Shown here piece by piece: positions 50,594-64,000 of a stretch of 64,000 nucleotides of DNA (position 1 is its first letter; each line of letters opens with the position of its first letter). A program made the position numbers and the translations under genes. The stretch comes from Phoronis australis (taxonomy: Eukaryota > Animalia > Phoronida), in NCBI GenBank assembly GCA_002633005.1, contig NMRA01000099.1:637633-701632 (forward strand), given 5' to 3'. Under the pieces are notes generated by a model that saw only the letters and a list, made by a program, of their open reading frames with translations, did no database searches and was not told the origin of the DNA.

Positions 50594-52809
50594 GTAAACA
50601 TTACAGTTGTTTGTGTGTTGATGCACTACTTTCTCTGACGAGCGTTCCAGGGACACTTAAGTATCCCCATGGTAATTTTCTGACCAGTAGCGATAGGCAT
50701 TGTGCGTGTGAAGTTGTCAAATGACTGCAATGTAGGTTTCTGCCTGTTAATTTCAGTACAGAGTCTCTAGGTGCCTGTTCTTCATTTTTGGATAACAAGT
50801 ATGGAAAAAAATCTTCAATCGGGGACTAAAACAATTTCTGCCAGTGCTCAAAATTTTACCAAATGCCCTTTGGTGATATTTGTAGGGTACATGCCATGCT
50901 TGCAACGAAGTGAAATTCATTAAAAAGTTTTTTGGCAATTTTGAATTCCACTTGTCTGCCATGTTGTGTCCTTTTGAAACACGGTGTGGCGTTTTTGGTT
51001 AATCTGTTAACCTGTCAATGATCTCGAGGCTTTATCACTGAGCTCAATTTTTGACACTCAGTACAAAACATTTTGAACACTCCTCAACTTGTGATTGATA
51101 CTGTTGATTGTCGTATCAGTTTTGAATACTGTGGTATTAACTGGTTGTAAATTGTAAAATTTTGGTTCAGCATGGTAATATTTTTCAGTTCATTCAATTA
51201 AGTGCCCCGCCACTGTAGTCTGAAACTGTTACCTAACTATGGCCTAAATATTGGAAAAACTAACCATTAGCACAAAACATGTATTTCCACAGCTATTGCA
51301 ATTGACTATTCCTTCGTTCCCTTGTTCTTTACTTTAGTTCTGGCCAAAATGCTACATGCCTTGCTTAGTCTCGACAGACTTTTTAGGTAATATGTTACTA
51401 TCTTGACGACCAGTTTCCTTCACTGCAGGCATTAAACTGGTTCTCTTAATTCTGGGGCCCCTGTAAGTGATTACTGCTGTTTTTCGATATCTGTTCCTAG
51501 AAAGACTGTTTGAAATGAGTATGTCAAAGCTGGTCATGTGCTCATCCCTAAGTCACTAAAATGAAGGGAGAAGATGGAGATTGTCTGGAATCATCTGGAT
51601 AAGTTTTGGTTTATAAAAAGGTTTCTCCATTATATGATTACCTTCAGCCCAATTTTCACTCATTCACCACCTTTGTATGTGTATTTGTAATGCGATTTTT
51701 TCCAGATTATATTGTAAGAGCATAATCCAATAGAGATTAGTGAGCATTACAATTTCAATAATTCAACTTGTAATTACGCAATGTTCGCTGTAATTGTTCC
51801 TACATTTTCTTAACCATCTCTTCTTGACTACCTTGTCATAGTTTTTGTGAAAAGCTTCTGTTGGGCTTCAGGCCTCTACTTCCAAAATCAACATTTTGAG
51901 CACCATTATGTGATAGAGGGAGCACGAAACTTTCAAATACATGACTGCCATCAACTGAAGTTATGGTATTCTAAAATTTTCTAGCGACTATAGACCTATG
52001 AAAGATTGTGGCCTTGTTTTCCAGGTGTTTTATCTATATCTGCTGAAATAGTCCACTCTTGTTGAATCTAGTGTGTATTATGAGCAGAAAAGAAAATATT
52101 TTTACCCTCAGGGTGTCCATGATGGTGGGATTGTTGAAATAGCATGGTGACACCTATTGGTGAAATTGCACACTATTTCATAAAAGTTGCAGATGTTGTG
52201 GCCAATAATTTAATGTGACTAGTATAATCTGAAGAGCAGATGTTTTAGTTTATTTGAAAATTTAGATTGGTTTCAGGTAAGGGATACTCGTCCAATATTT
52301 GCCTTGTTACCCAAGAATTAACTAGTAGATCTTTGAGGATCTCATTTCTGAGACAGTGCCTCTGAATGAAAATTGTTTGATCTGTAACTTGAAGACAGGA
52401 CCATAGATGAAAAGCTGGCAAAACGATCAGTATGATTGAACTCTTTTAATGTTGCTGTGTGCCCTGGCTTGGTGGTTGTGCCTGTGCGCTTGCCATTTAT
52501 AGCCTCCTAGACCTGGTAATGGCATTTAGTCTGCTCTACCCTCCTTCCACAGGAGCTCTAGTTCAGACTTGTGGGGTTGTCATAGTAACACTGGGATGGA
52601 CTGCTGTGTTTGTGGCAGGTTCCTTGGACAACTGTGTTCCTAGTCAAGAGGTGATGGTGATGCAAGGCCAAGTTTACAGTCATTAAGAAACATGATAGGT
52701 GGTGGGGATTAGAAGCAGTTAACTCACCTAGGATCTGAAAAGTTAGGCCCGAAATGTGATGAGAAAAATGACTTTTACATGAAAAGGGGCAATCCTTGTA
52801 TTTTAAACC

Positions 52810-53825
52810 TTTTTATACTCATATGTATGGGTGCATTAAGTTGTCATCTCCGTCCCACTGAGCGTCCACTGCTGTGCCTACAACACCACTCGATGGTTCT
52901 TCTTAAATTTTGCAGGCATGTTGTTAGTCTGGTTCGGTCGCCACGAGTAAAGTTTTGGACGGATTCAACTATGGCTGTTCCTCATAGTGATGATTTTAGC
53001 TCTGTTTATGTTAGCCACTATTTCTCTTAGTTTCTGGATGGATTTTCATGAAATTTGACAAATAAGTTTCTGTCGTAGCAATGATATTACCATGTGTTCC
53101 TGTTCAAATGAGCTCAGCTGATGTTGATTTTTAGACGTCTCCTAATGGCAGTTTATGTTTTCTTTGCATGTGCCTTAGTATCTGCCAAGTTCCTTGATGG
53201 GGTTTATTTAAGAGACAGCGATGACATGTTCTTATTTTCGGGTGGATTCAAAATATCCCCACCCTCCTAGTGGCCATTTTTATTATTTTTGCATCTTTTT
53301 GGCGTCTTGCCTCTTTATCTGCCATAACACTTGAAGGATCCTTATGAAATTTTAGAAATTTGTTCCTGTTGAGATGATCATGGCTGACATACTGGTAGCG
53401 ATTTTGATGGATCTATCTACTGTTGCATCCCCTTGTGGCAAATTGGTTTTTGCCTGTGCTTCAATATCTACTGAGTTCCTTGATGGAATTAGATTGAATT
53501 TGTTATATGCATTCCTGTTGTAGAGAGTACATGTGACATTGATTTTGAGACAAGTTCCGGCTACTGTGGCATCTCCTAGTGGCGATTTATGGTTTCTGTG
53601 CATATGTCTCAAGTTCCTTAATTAATGGATGTTCCCGCAGTTAGGCAGTTCAAATTGCTATCAAGTAGTCAAAAATACTTGCCTTGTTTCTGAAAAATTT
53701 GACGCGCGCTGCGCCCTCTAGTTGCCTTTTTATTTTTATATGAAATGATACTAATATGCACCCCTAGAAGAATACTATTTGCGGTAAAGTCATGGGTGCA
53801 TTCCAGTGCTTTGCGTTGGTCTTAT
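52810..53825 (-). mobile_element. Second, more diverged copy of the Helentron-like element with CTCF-motif-like monomers
   Basis: The reverse complement begins ATAAGACCAACGCAAAGCACTGGAATGCACCC (cf. 29211) and ends GGACGGAGATGACAACTTAATGCACCCATACATATGAGTATAAAA (cf. 30420-30478). Motifs end at 53148, 53273, 53438, 53582, 53723. Confidence 0.65.
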
Positions 53826-55171
53826 CTGCATACTCTGTAAATTTTTAAAAGAACAACGAACAAGGAGAAATTGACAAACACGAAAGAATTACGAAAAAGT
53901 CTTCCAAACCAACGAGCAGGATTACTGCAGTGGTACCCCTCCCCCCTTCCCCTGCAGGTTGTGGTGGATTTATCCAATTTAGCAAAACCACAGAAGTCAA
54001 CATAGTTATAAATTACACAGGTGTCTGACAATCTATTGCAATAAAAAGTTCAAATTGTGTTGAATGTCAGGACTACCAAGTACAACAAGTACAACGTGCA
54101 GGGATTTCCCTGCATTGGGTTACTAAAGCACTGAGACTTTGGGGACATGTGTCGCTAACTTAAGTTTTCAATTGTTTTCATATTTGAATTATCATCAACA
54201 TATTGACTTTCCTCACAATACAACTCCTGTTACTACGCAGTTAGCTTGTTGATTTGTGGTAAAAGACTGACATGAGTTCTCTGGTAGAGGTCAGGTGTTC
54301 TCTAACTGAGAACTTCAACAATAAAAGGTATATGTTATTTTGCCAAGCCAATAACTAGCGCACATTACCACTTAATAACCGGGTGAAATGTGGTCCTACG
54401 CTCCCTCCTTAAATCAACATTTTTTGGCGGATCATGCAATCGCGTTGATGTATTGAAACGGTCACTAAATGGTTATTTTCAAAAATGTATCTGTCAAATT
54501 TCAAGCCTGGCGGACAAGTTAAGAACTCAAAAACACGATGGGATTATTTAACAAATTAGTCAGCGAACTACTAATAGAGGTGGAGTCAGTAATTTGACTG
54601 CTGGGAGTGCCAATGTCACAAGTTTGCATGTATGCAATGTAAATTCAGTTTGTGAAAAAATTTTCATGTCTGCCTTCTTTACCAACCGGGCACATTTCTT
54701 CTTTTGGGTCTTTAAATACTGCTATTTAATTCGGCCTTAAAGCCATTTGTTGTTTAGAAAAGCCCGATTCACCTTAGCAGCAAATAGGTAGATTTGAGAA
54801 CGGAGTGTCTACTTTGGTGTCGTTGGAGTTATCAACAGATGTTGCTGTCAGTAACAACAGGAGTTGTGCTGCTATTTGATAATATTGTTTTCAATTATTC
54901 GACATTCTACAACTATAAGCACTTCATTTCACTTCTTATATGACCATGTATGAGATATTTCAAATTTTCGTCTGCACAAAGTTTTTGGAGCGCCATCTTG
55001 CAATAACTTCCAATTACTCACACATCAAACTTCAATAACTGTGGTGTCCGATTACTCCTGAAGGGGGCCTTAAAGGTTCCACAAATTCCAGTTTTTATTC
55101 GCGCTCCTTTAGGTCAGAAAAGCTTCTCTGCTCATAATGTTTGTCCTTATCAACAGAAGAAGTGGGGGTTA

Positions 55172-57297
55172 CCGTAATCGTTCGGGTTAACGCCCTAGGC
55201 GGTTAAATTGGCGAATCCAAAAAATCGGGGGAGGGCGGTTAACCGAGCAGTGGGCGGTTAAATCGAAATTCCACCTAAAGTAGGGGATGGGCGGTTAACC
55301 GAACTTGGGCGCTTATTACGACAGACAACCGCCCTGGGCGGTTAATCTTACTTGGCGATCTAAATCCCGACACGACAATCATACTCGGAATGCTTAGCCC
55401 TTTTCAAAGAGCTTTATCGTCACGTCGCCAAATGACTGTGAAAACGTCATAACAGCGGATGATCCCAACAAAGGTTCTCTTGTCCTCAGATTAGTCATTC
55501 ACTATTAAATTTACAAAATTGCTGAGTAATAGCCCCGTGCCGTCCTGCGGTGCGCAGACGACCAGTCACCACGCAGCCTCCACTAGAATTAAAACTGTTT
55601 CAAGATGTGACCCTGCTTAAGTGCGCGTGCAAGCTTCACAGGTTGCAGAGGTCAGACATCAAATTTATGGTTACAGTCTCGTACTATATGTTGCTGTCAA
55701 GTTCTGAGTCAGCAGTTTTGAAATTGATTGTAATAAAAGTTTGAAAAACTTAACTCTGCTGTTTTTTTGTGTTTGGGATGTTATAGTCGACATTCCGTGA
55801 CTCAATGACATTTTCAGCGTATGGTTCTGCGGCTAGCTGTCTTATCTCGACAGCCCGGCATTGCTCTCTTGCCGTTGCGCCAAACATGCTATGCAAAGAA
55901 GTAAGACAAGGATCAGGGGTAGTCGAGCCAGTCGTCGATCAAAAATAAAATTTCAAGCAACTGCATAAATATGTTACAAAATGTCAGAAAACAGCAATGT
56001 TTCAATTCATTATTTTAAACGATCACCTTACCAAACTTTGTGGTGGAAAAACATTTATTTTTCATGCAAGATGTCCAGATTATCCTATTTACATCACTTG
56101 TAATATCGCACTGCGGCACTGTTTGGTCCCGCTGTTATCGCGCAATGTCTCAGTCGGCTGACAATCGTGACTTGGAAATGCCGTCAAGTAATATAACGGC
56201 CTCTTTCAATATGCATCTCGTTTTTTATGGCCAAAGATAGTGGCGGTATTCAGCACGCACGTAGGGCCTACGTGTGAGTCNNNNNNNNNNNNNNNNNNNN
56301 NNNNNNNNNNNNNNNNNNNNNNNNNNNNNNNNNNNNNNNNNNNNNNNNNNNNNNNNNNNNNNNNNNNNNNNNNNNNNNNNNNNNNNNNNNNNNNNNNNNN
56401 NNNNNNNNNNNNNNNNNNNNNNNNNNNNNNNNNNNNNNNNNNNNNNNNNNNNNNNNNNNNNNNNNNNNNNNNNNNNNNNNNNNNNNNNNNNNNNNNNNNN
56501 NNNNNNNNNNNNNNNNNNNNNNNNNNNNNNNNNNACTTCAAGATCATACACAAACATACATTATTGCCAACGTTTGAATTCAGAAATCGACAGGCAGCAA
56601 CGAAATCGGTAACCCAGTAAGGCACTTGTACTGTCCCTTCGGTCGCCCCACATCCTCTATAACCCGGCAGTTATATTCATCAAAATTTTGAGAATTTGAC
56701 ATCTTTCCGTGAGTTGTGAGATTTGTTCAAAATATGAGAGCTTCCCACCTTAATATAATTTGGAGGGTTGGCAAAACCATTGTCACATTTCTCTGGCCTG
56801 ATTTTTTTGAATATATGTTTTATCTAGTGCACTGCAGATGGAAACTCAGCGCGGCAGACAAAGTCACTGAAAGCGGAGGTTTTGACGCCGGCGGCGTTCT
56901 TAAACTTTGCAAACAAGGGAAGAAAATAAAGTGACAAAAATTTTCAAGTATTATATTTTGAAGTGAGTTCATGACCCAAGACAATAACTTGTTACCTGTA
57001 TTGTAATTTAGATTGCTAAACCACTGTCTCGGAGTCCCGGCGTCGATGCACTCATTGTGATCATCGATCTTTTTCTAAAAGTCGGGGAATCGCGCGTTTC
57101 CTTAGCACTAGGCGCTAAATCTTCATTCTTTAAAAGTCAGGGATGGGCGCTTAACCGAGAGATGGGCGCTTAACTGGAAATCTTCAAAAATCGCAAGGGG
57201 GGCGCTTAACCGAGCAGTGGGCGGTTAAATCGAAAATCCACTTAAAGTCGGGGATGGGCGGTTAACTGAGCATGGGCGTTAACCCGAACGATTACAG
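55172..57297. mobile_element. Tc1/mariner-superfamily (pogo-like) non-autonomous element, TA TSD
   Basis: TA|CCGTAATCGTTCGGGTTAACGCCC ... GGGCGTTAACCCGAACGATTACAG|TA (23/24). Many GGGCGGTTAA subterminal repeats. Spans gap 56281-56534. Confidence 0.85.
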
Positions 57298-57670
57298 TAT
57301 GTAAGAGGTATTGGCTAGTCTGTGTATTTAGTTAAATATTTGCAAAAGTAAACTATAGATTTTAGCACGGTAAGGTTATATATTTTTTGAAACTAGAAAT
57401 TTGATGTTTACGTTTTCCGATAGTCCCTCATGTAAAAATGGAACATTTTAAACAATTCCTAACAGCATTTTGTAGAACAATGCGTAAAGCATATTTGAAA
57501 ATTTCACACGAATCCGATCACCATTTCTGAGATACGGTGTTCCGAAGTTTGTCAAATTTGGTGATTTTTGGAGATATCTACATAACCTTAACTTTTTACT
57601 TGTTTTGTGTGTTGACTTGGGCAGCAAGCCTCATATATTGCACTTGTTTACAAAGTTATATTTCATGTCT

Positions 57671-58539
57671 CAGTGTTCTCCACGACCACTTTTAACTTGT
57701 TGCTGCGTCCTGTTTGACCGAACGCGTGTCCTGTTTAAATGTCCCGCGTCCTGTTTAAAAATCCCGCGTCCTGTTTGAAAATCCCGCGACCAGTTTAAAA
57801 ATATAGGGACTTCTTTGTAAAAAAGACGTTGTCGACGACGTTAATGAGGTTGCAAGCGTTTGATAATCCAGTTGATTTCTTTTTAAAAATATTGGTTGTC
57901 ATCAACAGGCTTTAACACTTCCGTCCAAATAGATGGAAAACGCACGTGAATTGTTTTGTTTACTCTACCTTGTATTCATGAGCATGAGGGAGGACTCGCA
58001 TATTGTGCAGTTTTTACAAGAGTTCTAGTAGTTCAGACCTTTAATGTTGTATCAGCTTCAGAACATCGAATTCAGACTACAAGAATGTTGCGCAAGACAT
58101 TACACTTACAGACTGAGGGAAAAACCTAAACTCTGCTATCAAAAACTGTGACTGGCTTTACAAAGGCACTTCACTTGGACTGTCTACTTCATGAGATAAG
58201 TTTACTTCTGTGTTAGACTTTTTGTATGTAGTTGACATTGACATCACAATTATTGAGTTAACCATTTCCCCATACTGTTTCAAACATGTCTGTAGACTTC
58301 CATTTCAAAGTCATTGACTAAACAAATGGTTTATGTGATAAATTTGTAAATAAGTCCAACTTTTAGAAATAAAAAATTGAACAGTTATTTGTTTGCTCTA
58401 CTGTGAATTACTATTAAAATGCTCGAGTTAAAGTGAGGTGCACACTAGCTTATGGAGAACGTTGACCGCCGCGCAGTTCCGGCACGTTGGAGTTTTTACG
58501 TGTGCAACCTGTTTAGATTTTTAGATGTGGAGAACACTG
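57671..58539. mobile_element. hAT-like non-autonomous element with ~20-bp subterminal tandem repeats
   Basis: Perfect 13-bp TIR CAGTGTTCTCCAC/GTGGAGAACACTG. About five CGCGTCCTGTTT units at 57705-57800. No TSD retained. Confidence 0.6.
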
Positions 58540-60594
58540 ACTAGCCACATAAGTTCATGTCTTTCCATTACAGTGACCTTTACTCTATTCAAATCATTAA
58601 AATCATGTCAGAATTATTTTCTGTTCAAAGTGAAAATTAGTAGACTGGTTAATTCTGCCAAAATAAAATCAATAGTGAAATCTGTATTAAAACACCTGAT
58701 TTACCTCGGGACATTTTCGGTAGCTTACCTTATTAAGATAACGATTTTGGTCTCGGGCACCATGTGGGCCTCAGGCACCATGTGGGCCGATTCCAGAGGC
58801 CAATTGCTTACTATAATTCTTCACTTTTATCGCCATGAGCCTTCAACGAGGAAGTGTGGTCTATTGCAACTCCACTGCAACTCCACTTACCTGTCCCGTT
58901 GACTAGCTATGTTGGAATTAATAGACTTCCCTGGCCACTTACAATGAATAACGCCAGACTGACCAGTGTTATTCTCTGTTAAGACTTCTGGCATCTTACT
59001 CCTTTATGAATGGCTATTGATATTGGGAATGAGGAATGTCGAATTCGTTGAGTCTCGCGTGATTCATGTTGCGGCCTCTGGCGATTACTCCAACCGAAGT
59101 GAAGTTAAAGTTTCTCTCCGAAATAGAGTTGCACAACTCCATAGATCTTCATGAGATTTGGCAGATAAGTTTCTATGGTGGAGACCACGGCACCTGCCCA
59201 GTTTCAGACGGATTTGTCGTATTCTGCGTTCCGTGTTTGGTGTCGGCCTCCCTCTTGGTCAAACTGCTTCAGAAGAATGATCATGAGGCCAAAAGGACAG
59301 TCTGTAGTTGAGTCCCTGATTGGAGGGGTCGGCAGGGGTTGTTTTCTGATGGCCATTCCTAATGCGCATGCCCAGGAGCACAAAAACTCGTGTAAGTGCA
59401 CAAGATATTGTGCCCAGTACTTGGTGAGTGGACAGGATTTTTGTTTTTGGCTGAAAACGTGGACCTGGAAATCTGCGTGGATTTTCTACAGTTGACAGAT
59501 CATCAACTAAGCTAACTAAGAGCCCAGCACACAGTATGAGTGGACCCTGCCTAGCAGTCACAGGGCACCACAACAATACTTTGTTTAGGAAACTTGTGAC
59601 TAGTACTTGTTTATGTACCCCAGAGGGGTTCTTTAAGCGAAAGGATTTTCGGAATCAAAATATGTGTGCTTAAACTCAGGTGAAGTTGCTGAAGAACTTG
59701 TTCTGGGAAACACGTTTTACTGGTTTTCTTGTGCCCATATTAACAGCTCTTGATGTAAACTTGAGTAGGCGAGAAACTGTTTACGATAAAACTTTTATGA
59801 CATTTTAACGAGTTTCGTTGAATGTATCAAAAGAACAATGACACTATTGTAAAGTTGAAATACATGTACTTACATGTAACTAGTGTACTTATTGTGATGA
59901 AAACGTGGTCTGTAAATTCAAACTTAGCATGTACATAACTTGGATTCTCTTGGTCATCAATTTGTAAAAAAAAGGTTCAATTTGCTCTTTAACACTGGAA
60001 ATACCAGTGATCAAAATCTCTCTTTTAAACAAGTTTTTACGAGAGACGATGTTTGATTGTAAATAAAAATTGAAGATAAAAATTGAAGACATGTTTTTCC
60101 GTAGATTATGAAAATTAGTGCATATTTTCTGGAAATCAAAGTGGTCAGAAATAACTGGCACATTTGACACATAGAAATGCGTTGAAAGAATTGCCAAGGG
60201 TAGTAATGAAAGATAGAATTATCATTTTATAGAATATTTACATTTTTAAAAAAAATTCAAGAAGGCTGACATTATGAATAACCACAATAGAAGGTGAAGT
60301 TTTAAAGTGACACCAAAATTTTAAGATTTTTATAAAATAAATTGTCAGAAGCCTGTTTCACATGCGTATGCTTCTATTAAAAAAATCGTTAAAAAACTAA
60401 GTGGCGTAACTGGCAAGTCCTGAGAGGGTGGAAGTTTAATTCTTGATGAAAAAGTATCTCGTTTACCAACATCTGCAGCCATCAAATTAGTCTAAATTCA
60501 CATAAATTTGTGCGAAAACTAGTTTCTATTTATTTCAAATATTAAAAGCCATAGGCCCAAAAGTACAGTTTCTAATAAATTAACAATACCATAA

Positions 60595-61099
60595 GGGCCT
60601 TTCATACTAACGTCGACGCGTCGATGGTTTGGTGAGTTGCGGTCAGTATTTACGCTTAACTCCAGTCCTGGATCGCAGTTAACAGCTCCAGTTAACATCG
60701 CAGTTAACAGGTGGATTTAATAGCGCAGCGTCGAAGCTGCGGTGCAGTATAAACGCTTAACTTTGGTCCAATCGAAGTTATCGCCAGGTGTCACCGTTAT
60801 CGTCAACAGTTACAGGGTAGTGTCGTCACTAAAAGCTGCTTATATTTTGCTCTAATAACAACTAATTGATTTAAGAATAAGTTTAATGTCATTTAGCACA
60901 TGTGAAGGTTCTCAAATTGTCTCATTGAAAAAAATCTTAGTGTGCAGCGCTACCTTGCGATAACTTCGATGACGACAGCGTCTCCAACCGTTTATTTCGA
61001 TGTTCATTAACTACCGAAGCCAATATAAACGGTCCAGTTAACTGTGCTGTTTATGTCGATGCTCCGCTCAGACCGCAGTTAAGTCAATATGAAAGGGCC
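60595..61099. mobile_element. PIF/Harbinger-like MITE
   Basis: TIR GGGCCTTTCATACTAAC / GGCCCTTTCATATTGAC (14/17), flanks TAA/TAT, internal CAGTTAAC repeats. Confidence 0.6.
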
Positions 61100-63090
61100 T
61101 ATAGATGCATAGTTACAAACATTTCTTTATGTCTTGTTGATTTGCAAATGTTATGGCTTAGTGCACTGTTGTTAATCTGCCACTTGACAGGTGTTGCTTG
61201 CTAGTGGCTGCCAGTGCAACTGTTGGGATCAGATGTGATTTGGCCTGGTGAAACAATGTGAAAGGACTCTATTGTGTTTGTTGATTTTCCTGAACTGTAA
61301 ACAACAGGAAGTGTCACTGGGAGTTGAAGGTGACCTTCACCACTGTACATTTTCATAACAAATTTGGCTGTAGTGAAATTTTAATTCATTGTCCATTTTT
61401 CACAAGTGGTAAGTAGTACTACAAAATAAGGCTTTATCAGTCCCACAGCGCACACCATAGCTATCATCATAGCTATCATAGCTATCATCAGCCAGTAGTG
61501 TTTTGAGAAATTGTAAGCATTCCTAATAATGGTAGCAGTCTTTGAAAAAACAAATTCGAACAATTTTGGCTATTATTGTTCTGAATTGGTGAGATTTTAC
61601 GATGCCCTTTAAGAAGATGAAAATAATTGCCGAAATTGTTTTTTCATTTTTCAAGTGCTTTTAACATTGTTTAAATGGTCACGTCTTTTGTTTCCATAAC
61701 TGGCTTTCTAATACATTTATGTGGCAAGAGGTATTGTTATTGCAATAATGCTTCCTGTGTTACCAGACAGCATTTCTGTTATATCTAATCCAGTTGCTAT
61801 ACATCAGCTTGTGTTAAGCTTCTTATGGAAAATGTTTTTCAAGACTGCGTAACTCATGGTCATAGTAAAAGTGCATTATTTTGAAACCATGAAAAATTGG
61901 AAATTATTGAAGATTTTTAAAAATTATTTTGCACGATTCATCATTTTTAATTGAAGAAAACCGTTTGCCATTGAAACGTGTCAAATGAATAGTGTGAATT
62001 TTTTGAAAATTCTTCAGTAAGCAAAATGTTTTTTCTTGAATTAAAAAGTGTGAAATTAGCCTTTTTCTATGTTTAGTTTTGGTATATCTGTGAAAGGAAG
62101 TCGTCCTTTAGTGGTGAACTTTTACTGTTGAGTTCCACAAATTCATCGAATTCTGTCTGGGCCGTTATCCTTGTGTTAGCCTCACAACATAAATGGGTCG
62201 TGCTGTGTCGGGAGGGTACACAGATTGCAGGCATGAAGAATTTTTAGTAGGTGTTGACATGATGCTTACAAGCAGTATCAGTGACATGGTCTCTGTTCAG
62301 ACTGAGTAGTGTGCTTGGTGAGTGAGGCTGCTACTGATCAACTGGCAGAGGTTAGTGAGTATGTCTCATGTCTTTTAGTCAATCAATAGTTCACCTGTGA
62401 TCCTTCTATGCACTCAATGTGTTACCCGGTCTTTGTTATGCATAAGTATGGCTTAGATAACTCATGCTGGGCTGAGGGTAGTCAGTCAGCCAGGTTGAAA
62501 GTCTGCCCTACTGATAACAGAAGCTGACCATTATCAGCTGGTTGGGGGGTCAGAGTTGTCAGTGTCTGCTGTAGCCCTGTGTGGAGGAGTAGGCCATCGG
62601 TTGTCGGTTGTCAGGAGTCCACGTGCCATGGTTCCTATGGGTGGTTTGGTCATGGACTGGCTACAGGCTGGTCAGCTGGTTCTCTTCAGGAGAGGTAGGA
62701 AGAGAGACTCTCAGTCAAATTTAGTAATTGTTTGATGCCTTACTACTATGGCCAGGTGTGCCGACTTGGACTCGAATGATGTACACCCACTGAATGGTCT
62801 TCCTTGATCTTATGGTTTGGCCCACTGTGTCTTCTCATATCTGTAACATGGCTAATCATTGGATATAAAAGTTGAAGATGAAATCCGAAAATGATGTTTC
62901 CTAAATATTTTGTTTTCATTTATGCAACTTTTGGGTTTTTCATAAGTCCTGTTTTTGTTAGGCCATCATACAGAAGTTTCTATTTGCGCATGAGGGGCTA
63001 TCAAATTAGGATGTAAAACCAATTCTTAGCACCGTTTTGGAGAAGAGTTCCTGAAGTAAGCATAATATGTGAAGGTTTCGTGCAGAACCT

Positions 63091-63149
63091 TAACCTCATT
63101 TGCATACATTACTATAACCTCATTTGCATACATTACTGTAACCTCATTT
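63091..63149. repeat. 24-bp tandem repeat x2.4
   Basis: TAACCTCATTTGCATACATTACT(A/G) repeated; each full unit contains ATTTGCAT. Confidence 0.7.
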
Positions 63150-64000
63150 TCTGATGGATGTAATTTGCTACATTTGATGAACTCTCGTTATACCTGACCA
63201 ATGTTACTGTGTACACACATTTTTGATTTCTCATGTTCGTAAGGTTTATTGCGAGGCCCAGAAGTTTATCCTGAAAAGTTTGACAAGCTTGGGTTCTGGG
63301 TATGTGATGTCATCAAAACCTGTGTATGACTAGACTATAAATAGACACCACACTTATTCTTGGCATGCTTACGCATGACATCATTTAATCTGGAATGATC
63401 CAGCCGATTTCTTATTCATTCTGAGTGTACATGTCTAACTTGGTAACATGGAGTGTTGAGGTTCTTTCATCAGTGAAAACTGGCTGGATTACCTATTGAC
63501 CTTTATCAGTCTGGTTAATAATCTTGTGAATCATACCTCCAGGTAGTCAAATACCATAAAGGATTTTATGCTTAGCACCTAATAGTTATCACATCTGTGG
63601 ATGTGGCTCACAGTTCTGTCTAAGCCAGCTGTACACCAGGTGGCCATAGTTTGCCATTTGCTCATAATGCCGTCATTGTGCAGTTTGTCTCACAAATTTT
63701 GTGTGTGTACCTGTGTATGTTGCTTTGTGTCTTGGACTTCACAGTGTGTAGTGTTATGGTCTGTAGTAATTGCGTAGAAGGTGTTGAAATTAGTGTCAGT
63801 GGTACTCCCTCTTACATTTGGCTTGACAAAATTTTCTGCTTAAGCCAGCATGAGTTGTTATCCAGGGTCAGATATTGTGCGACCCAAGGTTTTTGGTTAG
63901 GGCCCTGTTCGGCTTGTCTTCTAAACTTACGTATTTAAACGTAATGTACTTTGGTTAACTTTCTCTTCAGTTCACATATTACATGTTTCTCAGTATGGTT

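Noticed and set aside
49609-50656. Several minus-strand ORFs (76-154 aa)
   Set aside because: Shadows of the GC-richer + strand coding exon.
56206-56625. 110-139-aa ORFs
   Set aside because: Artefacts of the 56281-56534 N gap.
61456-61490. ATAGCTATC short tandem repeat within a 60-aa ORF
   Set aside because: Simple slippage repeat with no splice or coding support.
50594-64000. Candidate downstream exons of the unknown gene (acceptors near 52024, 53957, 63970)
   Set aside because: Short frames, weak donors or window truncation; none supportable without transcript data.

Overview
AT-rich, intron-rich animal genomic DNA from a draft scaffold (N gaps at 12173, 34992-35779, 48482-48486, 56281-56534). 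The repeat content and haplotype-like duplications suggest a heterozygous invertebrate (inference). I reconstructed four spliced genes by hand: (1) GOSR1/GS28 Golgi SNARE (-, 8 coding exons, 243 aa) whose last intron looks U12-type; (2) a divergent FABP/iLBP-family gene (+, 4 exons, 137 aa), only partly visible in the ORF track, lacking the usual fatty-acid-binding Arg/Arg/Tyr triad; (3) CDIPT/phosphatidylinositol synthase (-, 6 exons, 216 aa); (4) the 5' part of an unidentified gene (+) sharing a 177-bp bidirectional promoter with CDIPT and preceded by a 4-codon uORF. The ~9.5-kb 'duplication' (2577-12172 vs 14029-23012) is most likely two haplotypes joined at an N. Introns are crowded with non-autonomous DNA transposons (hAT-, pogo-, Kolobok-, Harbinger-, CACT-like, and small CATG-ended elements with 5-bp TSDs), a Gypsy integrase/LTR fragment, a tRNA-SINE, a LINE relic, and a Helentron-like element carrying ~145-bp repeats that each contain a CTCF-consensus motif. 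No CRISPR, rRNA or true tRNA genes were seen. All family calls are by-eye recognition, not database results.
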